From NCBI RefSeq assembly GCF_002305855.1, contig NZ_CP022163.1, positions 6,811,765 to 6,875,764 on the forward strand: a DNA stretch of 64,000 bases, given 5' to 3'. Positions 14,522 through 23,562 of this stretch are shown one piece after another (position 1 is the first letter of the stretch; each line of letters opens with the position of its first letter). The position numbers were made by a program, and so were the translations under genes. A model generated the notes under the pieces. It did not search any database. It saw only the letters and a program-made list of their open reading frames with translations, and was not told the origin of the DNA. This DNA comes from Melittangium boletus DSM 14713 (GTDB taxonomy: Bacteria; Myxococcota; Myxococcia; Myxococcales; Myxococcaceae).

Positions 14522-17326
14522 CTACGGGTTCGGAGCCGGAGCCACGCCGCGGAAGGCGGAGTTGGCCGGCGCCGTGGCCACGGTGGTCACGGCCGCGGTG
14601 CTCGTTCCATCATCCACGAAGGTGACGAGCTTGTTCTCGTTCCCCTTCAGGGTTGCCACGACGTGCACGGTCGTGCCGTCCACGACGGCGGCCACGCCCA
14701 CGGCGGGACCGGGGTTGGTCAAGGTCGCCTGGCTCCAGTTGCCCGAGCCGTCCTTGGTGAACTTGAACACGCCGCCGCTGTTGCCATCGTCCGCGATGTA
14801 CAGCGTGGCATCGCCCACGAAGAAGAACTGGTAGGGCGACGTGAGCGTCGTGCCGACCGGAAGACCGGACAGCACCGTCGCGGTCTGACCCGAGGCCGTG
14901 GGCAGGCCCGTGCCCACCGCGGAGACGGCCCGGTAGTCACCGCTGCCCGTGCTCAAGTAGAGCTGTCCGCCGAAGACGCTGACCACGCGCGAGTTGTTGG
15001 GATCCTTGAGGACCTGCGTGGACACGCCCGTGGAGCCCGCGGTGACGTAGTGGACGCCTCCACTGGCAGAGGCGCCGTTGCCCGCGACCCAGTAGGCGGA
15101 TCCATCCACCGTGGTGGCCGAACGCACGTTGCTGGTGTTGAAGGCGGCGTCCAACGTCGCGACGACGGAGGCGCTGCCCGCGCTATCGATGCGACCCACC
15201 ACGCGGGGCGTCGCGCTCGAGGTAGTGCCCGCCACGCTGGCCGTACCGGCGGGGGCGCTGTAGCCCGCGAACACCACGTAACGGCTGTCCGCCGACCGGC
15301 TCAGGAATCCCTCGGAGCCAGAGGAACCGGCGATGGTCAGACCCGTGACGGGCGTCGTGGCGGTGCGCGTGCCGGAGACCACGTCGTAGGTATCGATGGT
15401 CACGGCGGCGGCGGCGCCGCTGAGCGCGGCGGCGCCATCACCGACGCGCAGCACGGACACCCGGGTGGGTGATACGACGCAGGTGACCGACACGGTCGTC
15501 ACGTTGGCGGACGCCACCGTCCCGCTGCCATTGGCCACCGTGCAGTTGAGCCCCACGGGCTGCGTCTTCACGGCCACGGCGTAGGCCGCGCCGCTCAACA
15601 GGCCCGTGGTGAAGGTGAAGGTCGTGCTGCCGCCCGCGACGGACAGGTCATTCCCGCCGTTGTTGGTGAGCACCAGCGTCTTGCCGCTCGACAGGCCCGT
15701 CACGGTGCCGCCCACCGTGTACAGGTTGGCGCAGGTCACGGCCACGTTGGTGACATTCGCGCTCAGGTTGGTCCCACTGCCATTGGCCACCGTGCAGTGC
15801 TGGCCCGTGGGCTGCGCGGAGACGGTGACGGTGTAGCCACCGCCCTCGGCCACGGGGGTGGCGAAGGTGAACCCGCCGTCCGCCGTCAGGGTCAACTCGT
15901 CGCCGCCGTTGTTGCGCAGCTTCACGGTGCCGCCGGTGGCGAGTCCGCTCAGGTTGCCGCCCACGGTGTACGTGGTGGCCGAGCACGCCACGATCACGTT
16001 CGTCACGTCGGCGCCGCCCACGGTGCCCGAGCCGTTGGCCACGCTGCACTGCTTGCCCGCGGGGGCCGTCTTCACCGCCACGTCATAGGCCGCGCCCTGA
16101 TCCACCTTCTGGGTGAACTGGAAGGCGCCATTCGCGCTGACGGGCAGTTCTTCCGCGCCGTTGGTCAGCGTCACGGTCTCACCCGTGCCGAGGCCGCTCG
16201 CCGTGCCGCCCACGAAGAACTGATTGGTCACACAGGTGACCTTCACCGTCACATCCGAGGTGCCGATGGGCGCGGACGCGGTCTGCTCCGAGGTGCACGT
16301 CTGGGTCTCGGGCTGGGTGCCCACGGTGACGAAGTAGCTTCCGCCCTCGGTCACGCGGTTGTTGAAGGCCTTGGTCTCGTTCGTCGTGAAGGTGAGCGAA
16401 TCCGAGTCGTTGTTCTTGACGACCACCGAGCCCACCAGACCGCTCACCGTCACGTTCACGAGGTACGCGCGGGTCGTGCACGTCACGGCGATGTTGGTGA
16501 TGTTCGCGCTGCCCACCGTGCCCGTGCCCCGGGAGATGGTGCAGTTCTGGCTCTCCGGAGGCGTCTTCACCTTCACGTCATAGGGGGTGCCCGCCTCGAC
16601 TCCCGTCGGGAAGGCGAACGAGGTGTTGCCAGCCGAGCCCGTGCCCGTGAGGGTCACCGTCTGCTCCTGGGCCCCACTGCCAGTGCTCAGCACCAGGGTG
16701 CCGTTGAGTCCGCTGACGAATCCGCCCACCGTGAACTTCGAGGTGTCGCAGTTGACGGTGATGCTGGTCACGTCGGCACTGCCCACGGTGCCCTCGCCGC
16801 CGGACACGGTGCAGCGCTGCGCGGGGCCGGTGGGCTGGGTGGCCACGGTGACGGCATATGCCGCGCCGCTCTCCACGGGGGTGGCGAACTGGAAGGCGCC
16901 ATTGGCCGTCACGTTCAGCGTCTCCGCCCCGTTCCTGAGCTTCAGGCCCGTGCCCACGAGCCCCGTCACGGTGCCGCCCACCTTGAAGGCCGGAACACCA
17001 CACGTCACGGTGACGTCCGTGACATTGGCGGTGTAGATGAAGCCCACGCCATGGGTCACGATACATTCCTGGGTGGGTTCGGCGGGGTGGGTCGCTACCT
17101 TGACCACGTAGGTGCTGCCCGTGGATGCCTTGCGCTCGAAGGTGAAGGCGCCGTCACTGGAGATCGCCAGGGTCTCGCCGCCATACTCCAACACCAGTCC
17201 GCTGCCCTCGAGGCCCGTCACGGTGCCGCCCACCGTGTACTCCTGCGGAGCCGGTTCTGGGTCGGAGCAGCGCGCGAGCGCCAGTGGCAGAAGAAGCGTC
17301 AACACCAGTCGGAATGACAATCGCAT
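14522..17326 (-). CDS. Large secreted or cell-surface protein (935 aa) with seven tandem ~84-aa beta-sandwich repeats (GG-TVTGL...NG...ANGAF-F...QP..C.V..G.GTV....VT.V.V.C) and a ~330-aa C-terminal beta-rich domain
   Basis: Signal peptide MRLSFRLVLTLLLPLALARCS. The repeat periodicity is visible in both protein and DNA. Each repeat has two conserved Cys. The antisense ORF 15797..17317 was rejected. Confidence 0.65.
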   Translation of the reverse strand: MRLSFRLVLTLLLPLALARCSDPEPAPQEYTVGGTVTGLEGSGLVLEYGGETLAISSDGAFTFERKASTGSTYVVKVATHPAEPTQECIVTHGVGFIYTANVTDVTVTCGVPAFKVGGTVTGLVGTGLKLRNGAETLNVTANGAFQFATPVESGAAYAVTVATQPTGPAQRCTVSGGEGTVGSADVTSITVNCDTSKFTVGGFVSGLNGTLVLSTGSGAQEQTVTLTGTGSAGNTSFAFPTGVEAGTPYDVKVKTPPESQNCTISRGTGTVGSANITNIAVTCTTRAYLVNVTVSGLVGSVVVKNNDSDSLTFTTNETKAFNNRVTEGGSYFVTVGTQPETQTCTSEQTASAPIGTSDVTVKVTCVTNQFFVGGTASGLGTGETVTLTNGAEELPVSANGAFQFTQKVDQGAAYDVAVKTAPAGKQCSVANGSGTVGGADVTNVIVACSATTYTVGGNLSGLATGGTVKLRNNGGDELTLTADGGFTFATPVAEGGGYTVTVSAQPTGQHCTVANGSGTNLSANVTNVAVTCANLYTVGGTVTGLSSGKTLVLTNNGGNDLSVAGGSTTFTFTTGLLSGAAYAVAVKTQPVGLNCTVANGSGTVASANVTTVSVTCVVSPTRVSVLRVGDGAAALSGAAAAVTIDTYDVVSGTRTATTPVTGLTIAGSSGSEGFLSRSADSRYVVFAGYSAPAGTASVAGTTSSATPRVVGRIDSAGSASVVATLDAAFNTSNVRSATTVDGSAYWVAGNGASASGGVHYVTAGSTGVSTQVLKDPNNSRVVSVFGGQLYLSTGSGDYRAVSAVGTGLPTASGQTATVLSGLPVGTTLTSPYQFFFVGDATLYIADDGNSGGVFKFTKDGSGNWSQATLTNPGPAVGVAAVVDGTTVHVVATLKGNENKLVTFVDDGTSTAAVTTVATAPANSAFRGVAPAPNP

Positions 17327-17499
17327 GGGCAGGCCCTGGGTGTGGCGCACCGGCGGACGGCCCCCGAAGGCGAGGCCGCCATCAGCACGTGCTCCCGGCA
17401 TGGGAGTCCTTGCCCGTCTACCGTGCCCGCCGGGGGTCGTGCACGGAGGTTCTGTGACAGTCTGGCTTCATTTTTACAGGAGAAGCCGTATTCCCAGAA

Positions 17500-17533
17500 C
17501 AGACGGACCGCTCTATCCCGTCTGGCCTTTTTT
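17500..17533 (+). terminator. Plus-orientation intrinsic-terminator-like hairpin (CAGACGG-11nt-CCGTCTG then GCC TTTTTT) in an AT-rich intergenic island
   Basis: Stem plus T6 tract seen in sequence, but no plus-strand gene lies upstream, so the function is unclear. Confidence 0.35.
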
Positions 17534-17561
17534 CCATGGCTGCCTTTGGTCCGGCTCGCGA

Positions 17562-18161
17562 TCAGGGTGTTTCGGTGGGGGTCTCCACCTGCTGGTATTG
17601 GAACGAGAGCCGCGCCGGGGTGCCCGCGCTGTCGTAATACGAGAGCATCCGCAGCTTGAAGTAGCGCGCCTGGCTGCTGCGGACCACGTACAGCAGGGAC
17701 TCGCGCGGCAGGAGCTGGTGCTTCACGAGATCGTAGCCGTACCAGCCGCCCTGGACGCCGTTGAAGACCGTCTCCGAGGCGTCCTGTTGATAGCCCTCGG
17801 CGGGAGCGGTCGTGAGGGCATCCCAATCATTGTTCTGGAGCACCGCCACGCGCACCTCGCCCGTGGGGTTGCCGCCGCCTCCATTCGACGTGACGGTGAA
17901 GCGTTGGAACGCGAGATCCCACCCATTGCTGTCCAGGGCCTCGTCGGTCTTCATCTCCCGGCCCTCGTCGAGGTCGAAGTAGACCGTGCCCGACTTGCTC
18001 GTCGCGTCGACGAGGACGATGGCGCTGCCATCCTCTCGGGGCGTCACCTCGACGAGCGGCCCGGCGGAGATCTGCCCATCGAAGGGGTAGTCCTCGCGCA
18101 GGTCCGGCGCGCAGCCCGCCATCAGGAGCGCCAGCCAGGGCACCATGTCGTGTCGCCGCAT
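17562..18161 (-). CDS. HmuY-like lipoprotein (accessory of a TonB-dependent receptor)
   Basis: Lipobox WLALLMAGCAP; about 199 aa; immediately downstream of the receptor with a TGATG stop/start overlap. Confidence 0.5.
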   Translation of the reverse strand: MRRHDMVPWLALLMAGCAPDLREDYPFDGQISAGPLVEVTPREDGSAIVLVDATSKSGTVYFDLDEGREMKTDEALDSNGWDLAFQRFTVTSNGGGGNPTGEVRVAVLQNNDWDALTTAPAEGYQQDASETVFNGVQGGWYGYDLVKHQLLPRESLLYVVRSSQARYFKLRMLSYYDSAGTPARLSFQYQQVETPTETP

Positions 18162-20125
18162 CAGTAGTCCCATTGGATGCCGCCCAGGACGCCTCGCGGC
18201 GGGCGGGGGTTGAACTGTTGATCGCCCGCGTTGAGCAGGTTGTACCCGTTGACGAAGAGCTCGATTCCCGATGAGCGGAACCGGTAGGTCACCTGCGCCT
18301 CGAGGTCCACGTACGCGGGCGCCCCGGTCGGGGTGTCCTCCCCATAGCCAATCACATTGGCCATGCCACCCCCCACGCCCAGGAAGTACGTCCGGCAGCT
18401 CACCCAGGAGCCACGCACCACGGCCTCGAGGTTCAGCGGGCGGTAGCGCGTGGTGAGCTGCGCGTTGACGCGATGCCGGGAGCGGCCCTCCAGCGGGCGG
18501 TCGCGGGTGAGATCCCTCGCGTCCAGGAACGTGTACGCCAGATCCAGGTACGTCGAGCGCACGGGCAGCTTGACGCGGCCATTGAGCTCGATGCCCTGGG
18601 TGTAGGCGCGCGCCACGTTCTCGTAATTGAAGGTCACCGGATCGTCGGGATTCGGCACCCCGCCGGCGGTGACGTTGATGAGGTCGCGCAGCCGGGTATG
18701 GAAGGCGCTCGCGGAGAAGAGCCAGCCGGAGAGGGGTGGCCGCCAGTCCACGCCGACGTTCACCGCCGCGGAGTGCTCGGCCGTGAGGTCGGGGTTGCCC
18801 GACACCACGTAGCCGATGCCCGTGTTGGTGAAGCGCAGGTACAGCTCCTGGAAGGACGGCGGACGGAAGCCCAGCCCCGCGGACGCGCGCACCGTGAGGG
18901 CCGGGCTCGGGTCCAGCTTGATCGCGAGCCGGGGCGAGGGCGCGCCACCAAATTGGGAATCCAGGTCGAAGCGCAGGCCCGGCGCCACCTTCAAGCGGAG
19001 GCCTTCGCCGTCCGTGCCCGGGAGCACGTCCCACTCGTCCTGGAGGAACACGCCGCCGCGAATCCGGGACACGGGGCTGCGCTCCAACCGCGCGGAGTTG
19101 AGCCGTTCGCCGAGCACTTCCACGCCTCCGGTGAGCGCATGGGCGCCGAGGCGATGGTCTCCTTGCACCAGGCCCTCGTAGAGGCGGGTGAAGTTCTGGG
19201 AGTAGTCATCGAGCGCCCGGGAGCCGCGCTGATCCTGCAGGAGTTGTTCCCGGAACAGCCCGAAGTGTCCCCGGACGAGCAGGGAGGGGCCATCCGCGAG
19301 CTGATGCCGGCTCCCCAGCGAGACGTCGAACTGCTCCTGCCGCTGGCGCCGGTCCAGCACGGCGCCCGAGGGGTTGAGATCCACGGCGTTCTCGTCGCGC
19401 CGGGCGTATCCCCCGCGCAGCCAGACGCGCGTCCGTTCATCCGGCGCGTAGGCGAGTGACAGGTCTCCATCGAACCGCTGGAGTGCCGCGCCGCTCGTGG
19501 CCGCGTCCTCGGGTTGCCAGTCATAGGCATCGCGCCGGCGGAAGCCACCGCCCACCCTCAGCTCGAACGGGCCCTGCTTCGTGCCGGCGTTCGCGCGCGC
19601 GTCCCCCTCCAGCAGGGTTCCGAACATGCCCCGGCCTCCCAGTTCCAGGGGACGTTGGACGCGCCGCGTGATGAGGTTCACCACGCCGCCCATCGCATCC
19701 GCGCCGTAGAGCGCCGCGGCGGGACCCTTGACGATCTCCACCCGCTCCACTTCCCGCAGGCTGAAGCGTCCCAGGTCGAGGGTCGTGCCCACCCGGCCAC
19801 TCACCCGCTCGCCGTCGACGAGCACGAGCACGTACTCGGGGTCCAATCCCTGCAGGCGCAGCCCCACGCCCCGGAAGGTGTAGACGAGCTCCACGCCCGG
19901 TTGCTGCTGGAGCAACTGTCCCAGGTCCCTCACGCCGAGTGCGTCGATCTGTTCCCGGGTGATGACCTCGGTGGCCACCACCACGTCCTCCAGCTTGCGC
20001 TCCGCGCGCGAGGCCGTGACGACCGTCTGCTGGCGGCGGTTGGGCTCCTCGGGTTCGTTCGGTCCCGGAGCTGGGGCGGGAGGGGACTGGCTTGTCAGGA
20101 ACGCGGCCACCAGGGGGAGGATCAC
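18161..20125 (-). CDS. TonB-dependent outer-membrane receptor (haem/siderophore type); start uncertain
   Basis: Plug and barrel motifs ([15 protein letters not shown]..., [30 protein letters not shown]) and a C-terminal ...GGIQWDY with terminal aromatic. An in-frame GTG at 20125 was preferred over 20239, which would overlap the divergent gene. Confidence 0.7.
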   Translation of the reverse strand: MILPLVAAFLTSQSPPAPAPGPNEPEEPNRRQQTVVTASRAERKLEDVVVATEVITREQIDALGVRDLGQLLQQQPGVELVYTFRGVGLRLQGLDPEYVLVLVDGERVSGRVGTTLDLGRFSLREVERVEIVKGPAAALYGADAMGGVVNLITRRVQRPLELGGRGMFGTLLEGDARANAGTKQGPFELRVGGGFRRRDAYDWQPEDAATSGAALQRFDGDLSLAYAPDERTRVWLRGGYARRDENAVDLNPSGAVLDRRQRQEQFDVSLGSRHQLADGPSLLVRGHFGLFREQLLQDQRGSRALDDYSQNFTRLYEGLVQGDHRLGAHALTGGVEVLGERLNSARLERSPVSRIRGGVFLQDEWDVLPGTDGEGLRLKVAPGLRFDLDSQFGGAPSPRLAIKLDPSPALTVRASAGLGFRPPSFQELYLRFTNTGIGYVVSGNPDLTAEHSAAVNVGVDWRPPLSGWLFSASAFHTRLRDLINVTAGGVPNPDDPVTFNYENVARAYTQGIELNGRVKLPVRSTYLDLAYTFLDARDLTRDRPLEGRSRHRVNAQLTTRYRPLNLEAVVRGSWVSCRTYFLGVGGGMANVIGYGEDTPTGAPAYVDLEAQVTYRFRSSGIELFVNGYNLLNAGDQQFNPRPPRGVLGGIQWDY

Positions 20126-20237
20126 GGGGCCATCTCTGCCCGGGATGCCGCGGACCGTCAATGGAACGGAGTTTGGAACCCGGGCCGCGAGGAGACCATT
20201 GCCGCTTCCAGTCCCTCGGCTTAAGTACGGAGCGGCC

Positions 20238-21359
20238 ATGACCGATACGTCCCAAGGTTTCGACCCGAAGAAGTTTGAAGCACTGGTGGCTCAGGTCCGA
20301 CAGGAGGCGCAGCGCGCCGGACCCTCCAAGCCCGCGGTGGAACTCCGCCCCTTGGATCCCTCCGACATCGAGGCCGTGCCCCAGGCGGGCACGCCCCTCT
20401 ACGAAGAGTGTTACCGGTTGGGTTCGGAGGCCCTGCGGCGCGGAGAGGTCTCCATGCTCATCCTGGTGGGGGGCGCGGGGACGCGCTTCGGTGGCGCGGT
20501 CAAGGCGCTGGCGCCCCTGCTCGACGATCGCACCTTCCTGGAACTGCGGTTGGAGAACATCCGAGGAGTCGCCCAGCGTCATGGGGCCTCGGTCCCCGTG
20601 GTGCTGATGACCTCCCCGCTCACGCACGAGGGCATCGAGGCCTACGTGAAGCCTCGGGGTCTGGGCCAGGACATCTTGCTGTTCCAGCAGCGCATGCTGC
20701 CGAGGCTCACGCCGAACTGGGAGCTGTTCCGCGACGCTGACGGGGAGTTGTCCTTCGCACCCTCCGGACACGGAGACTTCATCCGCGCCCTGCGCGAGAG
20801 CGGCACGGGAGCGCTCCTGCGCCAGCGCGGTGTGCGCCACGTGTTCTTCTCCAACGTGGACAACATGGGCGCGACGCTGGACCCCATCATCATCGGCCTT
20901 CATCTCAAGCTCGGCCGGGAGATGACGATCGAGGTGACGCCGCGCGCGAACCAGAATGGCACGCTCGACACGGGCGCGGCGCCGGTGCGCATCGGCGACC
21001 ATCCCCAGCTCGTCGAGCACGTGGACTCCAAGCAGCACCGGCTCATCAACACCAACAACCTCGCCTTCACGCTGGCGGCCCTGCTCGACAAGGACATCCA
21101 GCTGCCCTTCCAGGTGGCGAAGAAGAAGGTGGACGGGCAGGAGGTCATCCAGCTCGAGCAGATCACGAGCGAGGCCAGCGCGCTCGTGGGTCCCGACGGC
21201 CGCGCCCTGCTGTCGGTGGCTTTCATCGAGGTGCCTCGGGACAACCCCGTCACCTCGCGCTTCGAGCCCGTGAAGGCGCCCGAGGATCTGTCCTACGTCG
21301 TTCCCCGGTTGAGGCAGCGGCTGCAGGCGGCCGCCCAGGAAGGAAAGGGCTCCAAGTGA
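20238..21359 (+). CDS. UDPGP-family nucleotide-sugar pyrophosphorylase (eukaryote-type UTP-sugar-1-phosphate uridylyltransferase)
   Basis: [13 protein letters not shown] and APSGHGDF motifs; 373 aa. Confidence 0.7.
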   Translation: MTDTSQGFDPKKFEALVAQVRQEAQRAGPSKPAVELRPLDPSDIEAVPQAGTPLYEECYRLGSEALRRGEVSMLILVGGAGTRFGGAVKALAPLLDDRTFLELRLENIRGVAQRHGASVPVVLMTSPLTHEGIEAYVKPRGLGQDILLFQQRMLPRLTPNWELFRDADGELSFAPSGHGDFIRALRESGTGALLRQRGVRHVFFSNVDNMGATLDPIIIGLHLKLGREMTIEVTPRANQNGTLDTGAAPVRIGDHPQLVEHVDSKQHRLINTNNLAFTLAALLDKDIQLPFQVAKKKVDGQEVIQLEQITSEASALVGPDGRALLSVAFIEVPRDNPVTSRFEPVKAPEDLSYVVPRLRQRLQAAAQEGKGSK

Positions 21360-22435
21360 ACGAGCTGGAAACGAAGCTGGCGCGCGTGCGCGAGGCCCTG
21401 GTGAAGCACGGTCTGGGCGCGGTTCGCTTGCGCGGCGTGGACTGGTTCGGCTGGGCCACCTGCGGCGGCTCGAACGTCGTCCTGCTCACGACCGATGTGG
21501 GCGTGGCCGAGGTGCTCATCACCCGGGAGGATGCCTGGGTGCTCACGGACGCCATCGAGGCGGCCCGGCTGGAGGAGGAGGAAGTGCCTCCGGGGTTGAA
21601 GATCTGGTCCGGCCCCTGGGCGGACAAGGCCCAGCGCGAGTCCTTCGTGGAGACGCACCGGAACGGGGCCCGGGTGGCGTCCGATCGGCCCGTCCTGGGT
21701 GAACTCCCCCTGCCCGTCGAACTGATCCATGCCCGCTGGTCCCCGCTGCCCCAGGAGTTGGAGCGCTACCGGGTGCTCGGACGGGACGCGGCCGAGGCGA
21801 TGACGGAGGTGTTGCTCGCGGCCCGGCCGGAGTGGACGGGCTGGGAACTGGCGGGCGCTGGCGCCGAGGCGTTGTGGGCCCGGGGCATCCACCCCGCGCT
21901 GACGCTGGTGGGGGAAGAGCGGCGTCTGCCCTTGCACCGCCACGCCACCGCGAGCCACGAGAAGCTGGGCGAGCGCGCCATGCTCGTCTTCTGCGGCCGC
22001 CGGCATGGGCTGTTCGCCAACCTCACCCGCTTCGTCTACTTCCGCCAACCCACCCCCACCGAGCGGCACCTGGTGGCGGACGTGGCCCGTGTCGAGGCCG
22101 CGGCCTTCGACGCCTCGCGTCCGGGCGAGACGCTGGGGGCCGTGTACGCGGCCATCGTGAAGGCCTACGCGGCGCTGGGCCACAAGGGCGCCGAGGCCTA
22201 CCATCACCAGGGCGGCTCGTGTGGCTACCTGTCCCGCGACGTCGTCGCGGGCCCGGACTCCTCCGAGGTGCTCCAGCCGCACAACGCCGTGGCATGGAAC
22301 CCGTCCCTGCCGGGTGCGAAGATCGAGGACACCGTCATCGTGGGAGAGCAGGGCGTGGAGATCCTCACGGTGGATCCGCGCTGGCCCACCGTGAGCATCG
22401 AGGGCCGCGCGCGGCCCGACCTCCTGGTGCGCTAG
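21356..22435 (+). CDS. Creatinase/prolidase-fold (M24-like) protein
   Basis: N-terminal creatinase_N-like region and C-terminal pita-bread-like segment (HHQGGSCGY...[15 protein letters not shown]). GTGA overlap with the upstream gene. Confidence 0.5.
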   Translation: MNELETKLARVREALVKHGLGAVRLRGVDWFGWATCGGSNVVLLTTDVGVAEVLITREDAWVLTDAIEAARLEEEEVPPGLKIWSGPWADKAQRESFVETHRNGARVASDRPVLGELPLPVELIHARWSPLPQELERYRVLGRDAAEAMTEVLLAARPEWTGWELAGAGAEALWARGIHPALTLVGEERRLPLHRHATASHEKLGERAMLVFCGRRHGLFANLTRFVYFRQPTPTERHLVADVARVEAAAFDASRPGETLGAVYAAIVKAYAALGHKGAEAYHHQGGSCGYLSRDVVAGPDSSEVLQPHNAVAWNPSLPGAKIEDTVIVGEQGVEILTVDPRWPTVSIEGRARPDLLVR

Positions 22436-23562
22436 GCGCCGGTGGGTTGTGGCAGGAGGATCGCCGGGCGCTGGCCGGAACGGGCCGCGTAGCGCTCGGA
22501 GATCCTCTGGGCCACGGCGGTGCCGGTGCCGTCACGCGCCAGCATCACGACGGAGCCACCGAAGCCTCCGCCCGTGAGGCGCGCGCCATAGACGTCCGAG
22601 TCCTCGCGGGCCAGGTCCACGAGCAGATCGATCTCGGGGACGGACACCTCGTAGTCGAGGCGCTGCGAGTCATGCGAGGCGTAGAAGAGCTGGCCGAGCC
22701 GTTTCAAGTCGCCCGCGCGCAGGGCCTCCACCGTGGCGAGCACGCGCGCGTTCTCCGTCACGACGTGCCGCGTGCGCCGGCCCAGGGGATCGGGCAGACG
22801 CTCGGTCCGGGCAAGCTCCGCCTCGGGCAGGTCGCGCAACTGGGGAACGCCGAGGAGGGCCGCTGCGCGCTCACACTCCGCGCGGCGCACCCGGTAATCA
22901 CCCGCCGAGTGGTTGTGCGCGACGCCCGAGTTGATGATGACGACGTCCACGCCTGGGGGGAGGGGAACGCGCTCGAAGTTCATGTGTCGCGTGTCCAGGA
23001 AGAGCGCGACGCCGAGCCCCGCGATGCTGGCGGCCATGGGGTCCATCACGCCCACGGGAGCGCCCACGAAGTCCACCTCCACGCGCTGGCCGAGCAGCGC
23101 GAGCTGAACGTCGTCCAGGGGAAGGGAGAACGCGGCACGCAGCGCGCGCAGCAGGCCCACGTCCAGGGACGCACTCGAGGACAGCCCGCTGCCGAGCGGC
23201 ACCTCGGAGGAGATGCGCAGCTCCACCCCCGACAGCGTGTGACCCTCGCGCTGGAGCACGTGGGTGACACCCTGCACGTAGTCGAGCCAGCCCTTGCCGG
23301 CGGCTTCGGCGCCCAGCTCGAACTCGAGGATTTCGCCGGCCTGGCTCTTGTTGGCGCTGAAGGCCCGCACGCGCCGGTCGTCCCGCCGCCGCAACTCGAC
23401 GTGGGTCTGCTGGGGAATGGCCATGGGCAGCACGAAGCCGCCGTTGTAGTCGGTGTGCTCGCCAATGAGGTTCACCCGCCCGGGGGCATGCACGGCGACT
23501 TGGGCGGGGTGACCGAACAACTCTTGGAAGGATGGATTCACGTCAGGGCTCATCGATCTCAT
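22432..23562 (-). CDS. galK: Galactokinase (GHMP kinase)
   Basis: Galactokinase signature PGRVNLIGEHTDYNGG and GHMP motif SGLSSSASL...GGGFGGSVV. ATGA overlap with the upstream GH43 gene. Confidence 0.85.
   Translation of the reverse strand: MRSMSPDVNPSFQELFGHPAQVAVHAPGRVNLIGEHTDYNGGFVLPMAIPQQTHVELRRRDDRRVRAFSANKSQAGEILEFELGAEAAGKGWLDYVQGVTHVLQREGHTLSGVELRISSEVPLGSGLSSSASLDVGLLRALRAAFSLPLDDVQLALLGQRVEVDFVGAPVGVMDPMAASIAGLGVALFLDTRHMNFERVPLPPGVDVVIINSGVAHNHSAGDYRVRRAECERAAALLGVPQLRDLPEAELARTERLPDPLGRRTRHVVTENARVLATVEALRAGDLKRLGQLFYASHDSQRLDYEVSVPEIDLLVDLAREDSDVYGARLTGGGFGGSVVMLARDGTGTAVAQRISERYAARSGQRPAILLPQPTGA

Noticed and set aside
18161-20239. TonB-receptor ORF start at 20239
   Set aside because: It would overlap the divergently transcribed gene starting at 20238 and leave no promoter space. 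The N-terminal 38 aa are not signal-peptide-like, so a GTG at 20125 is preferred. This remains uncertain.
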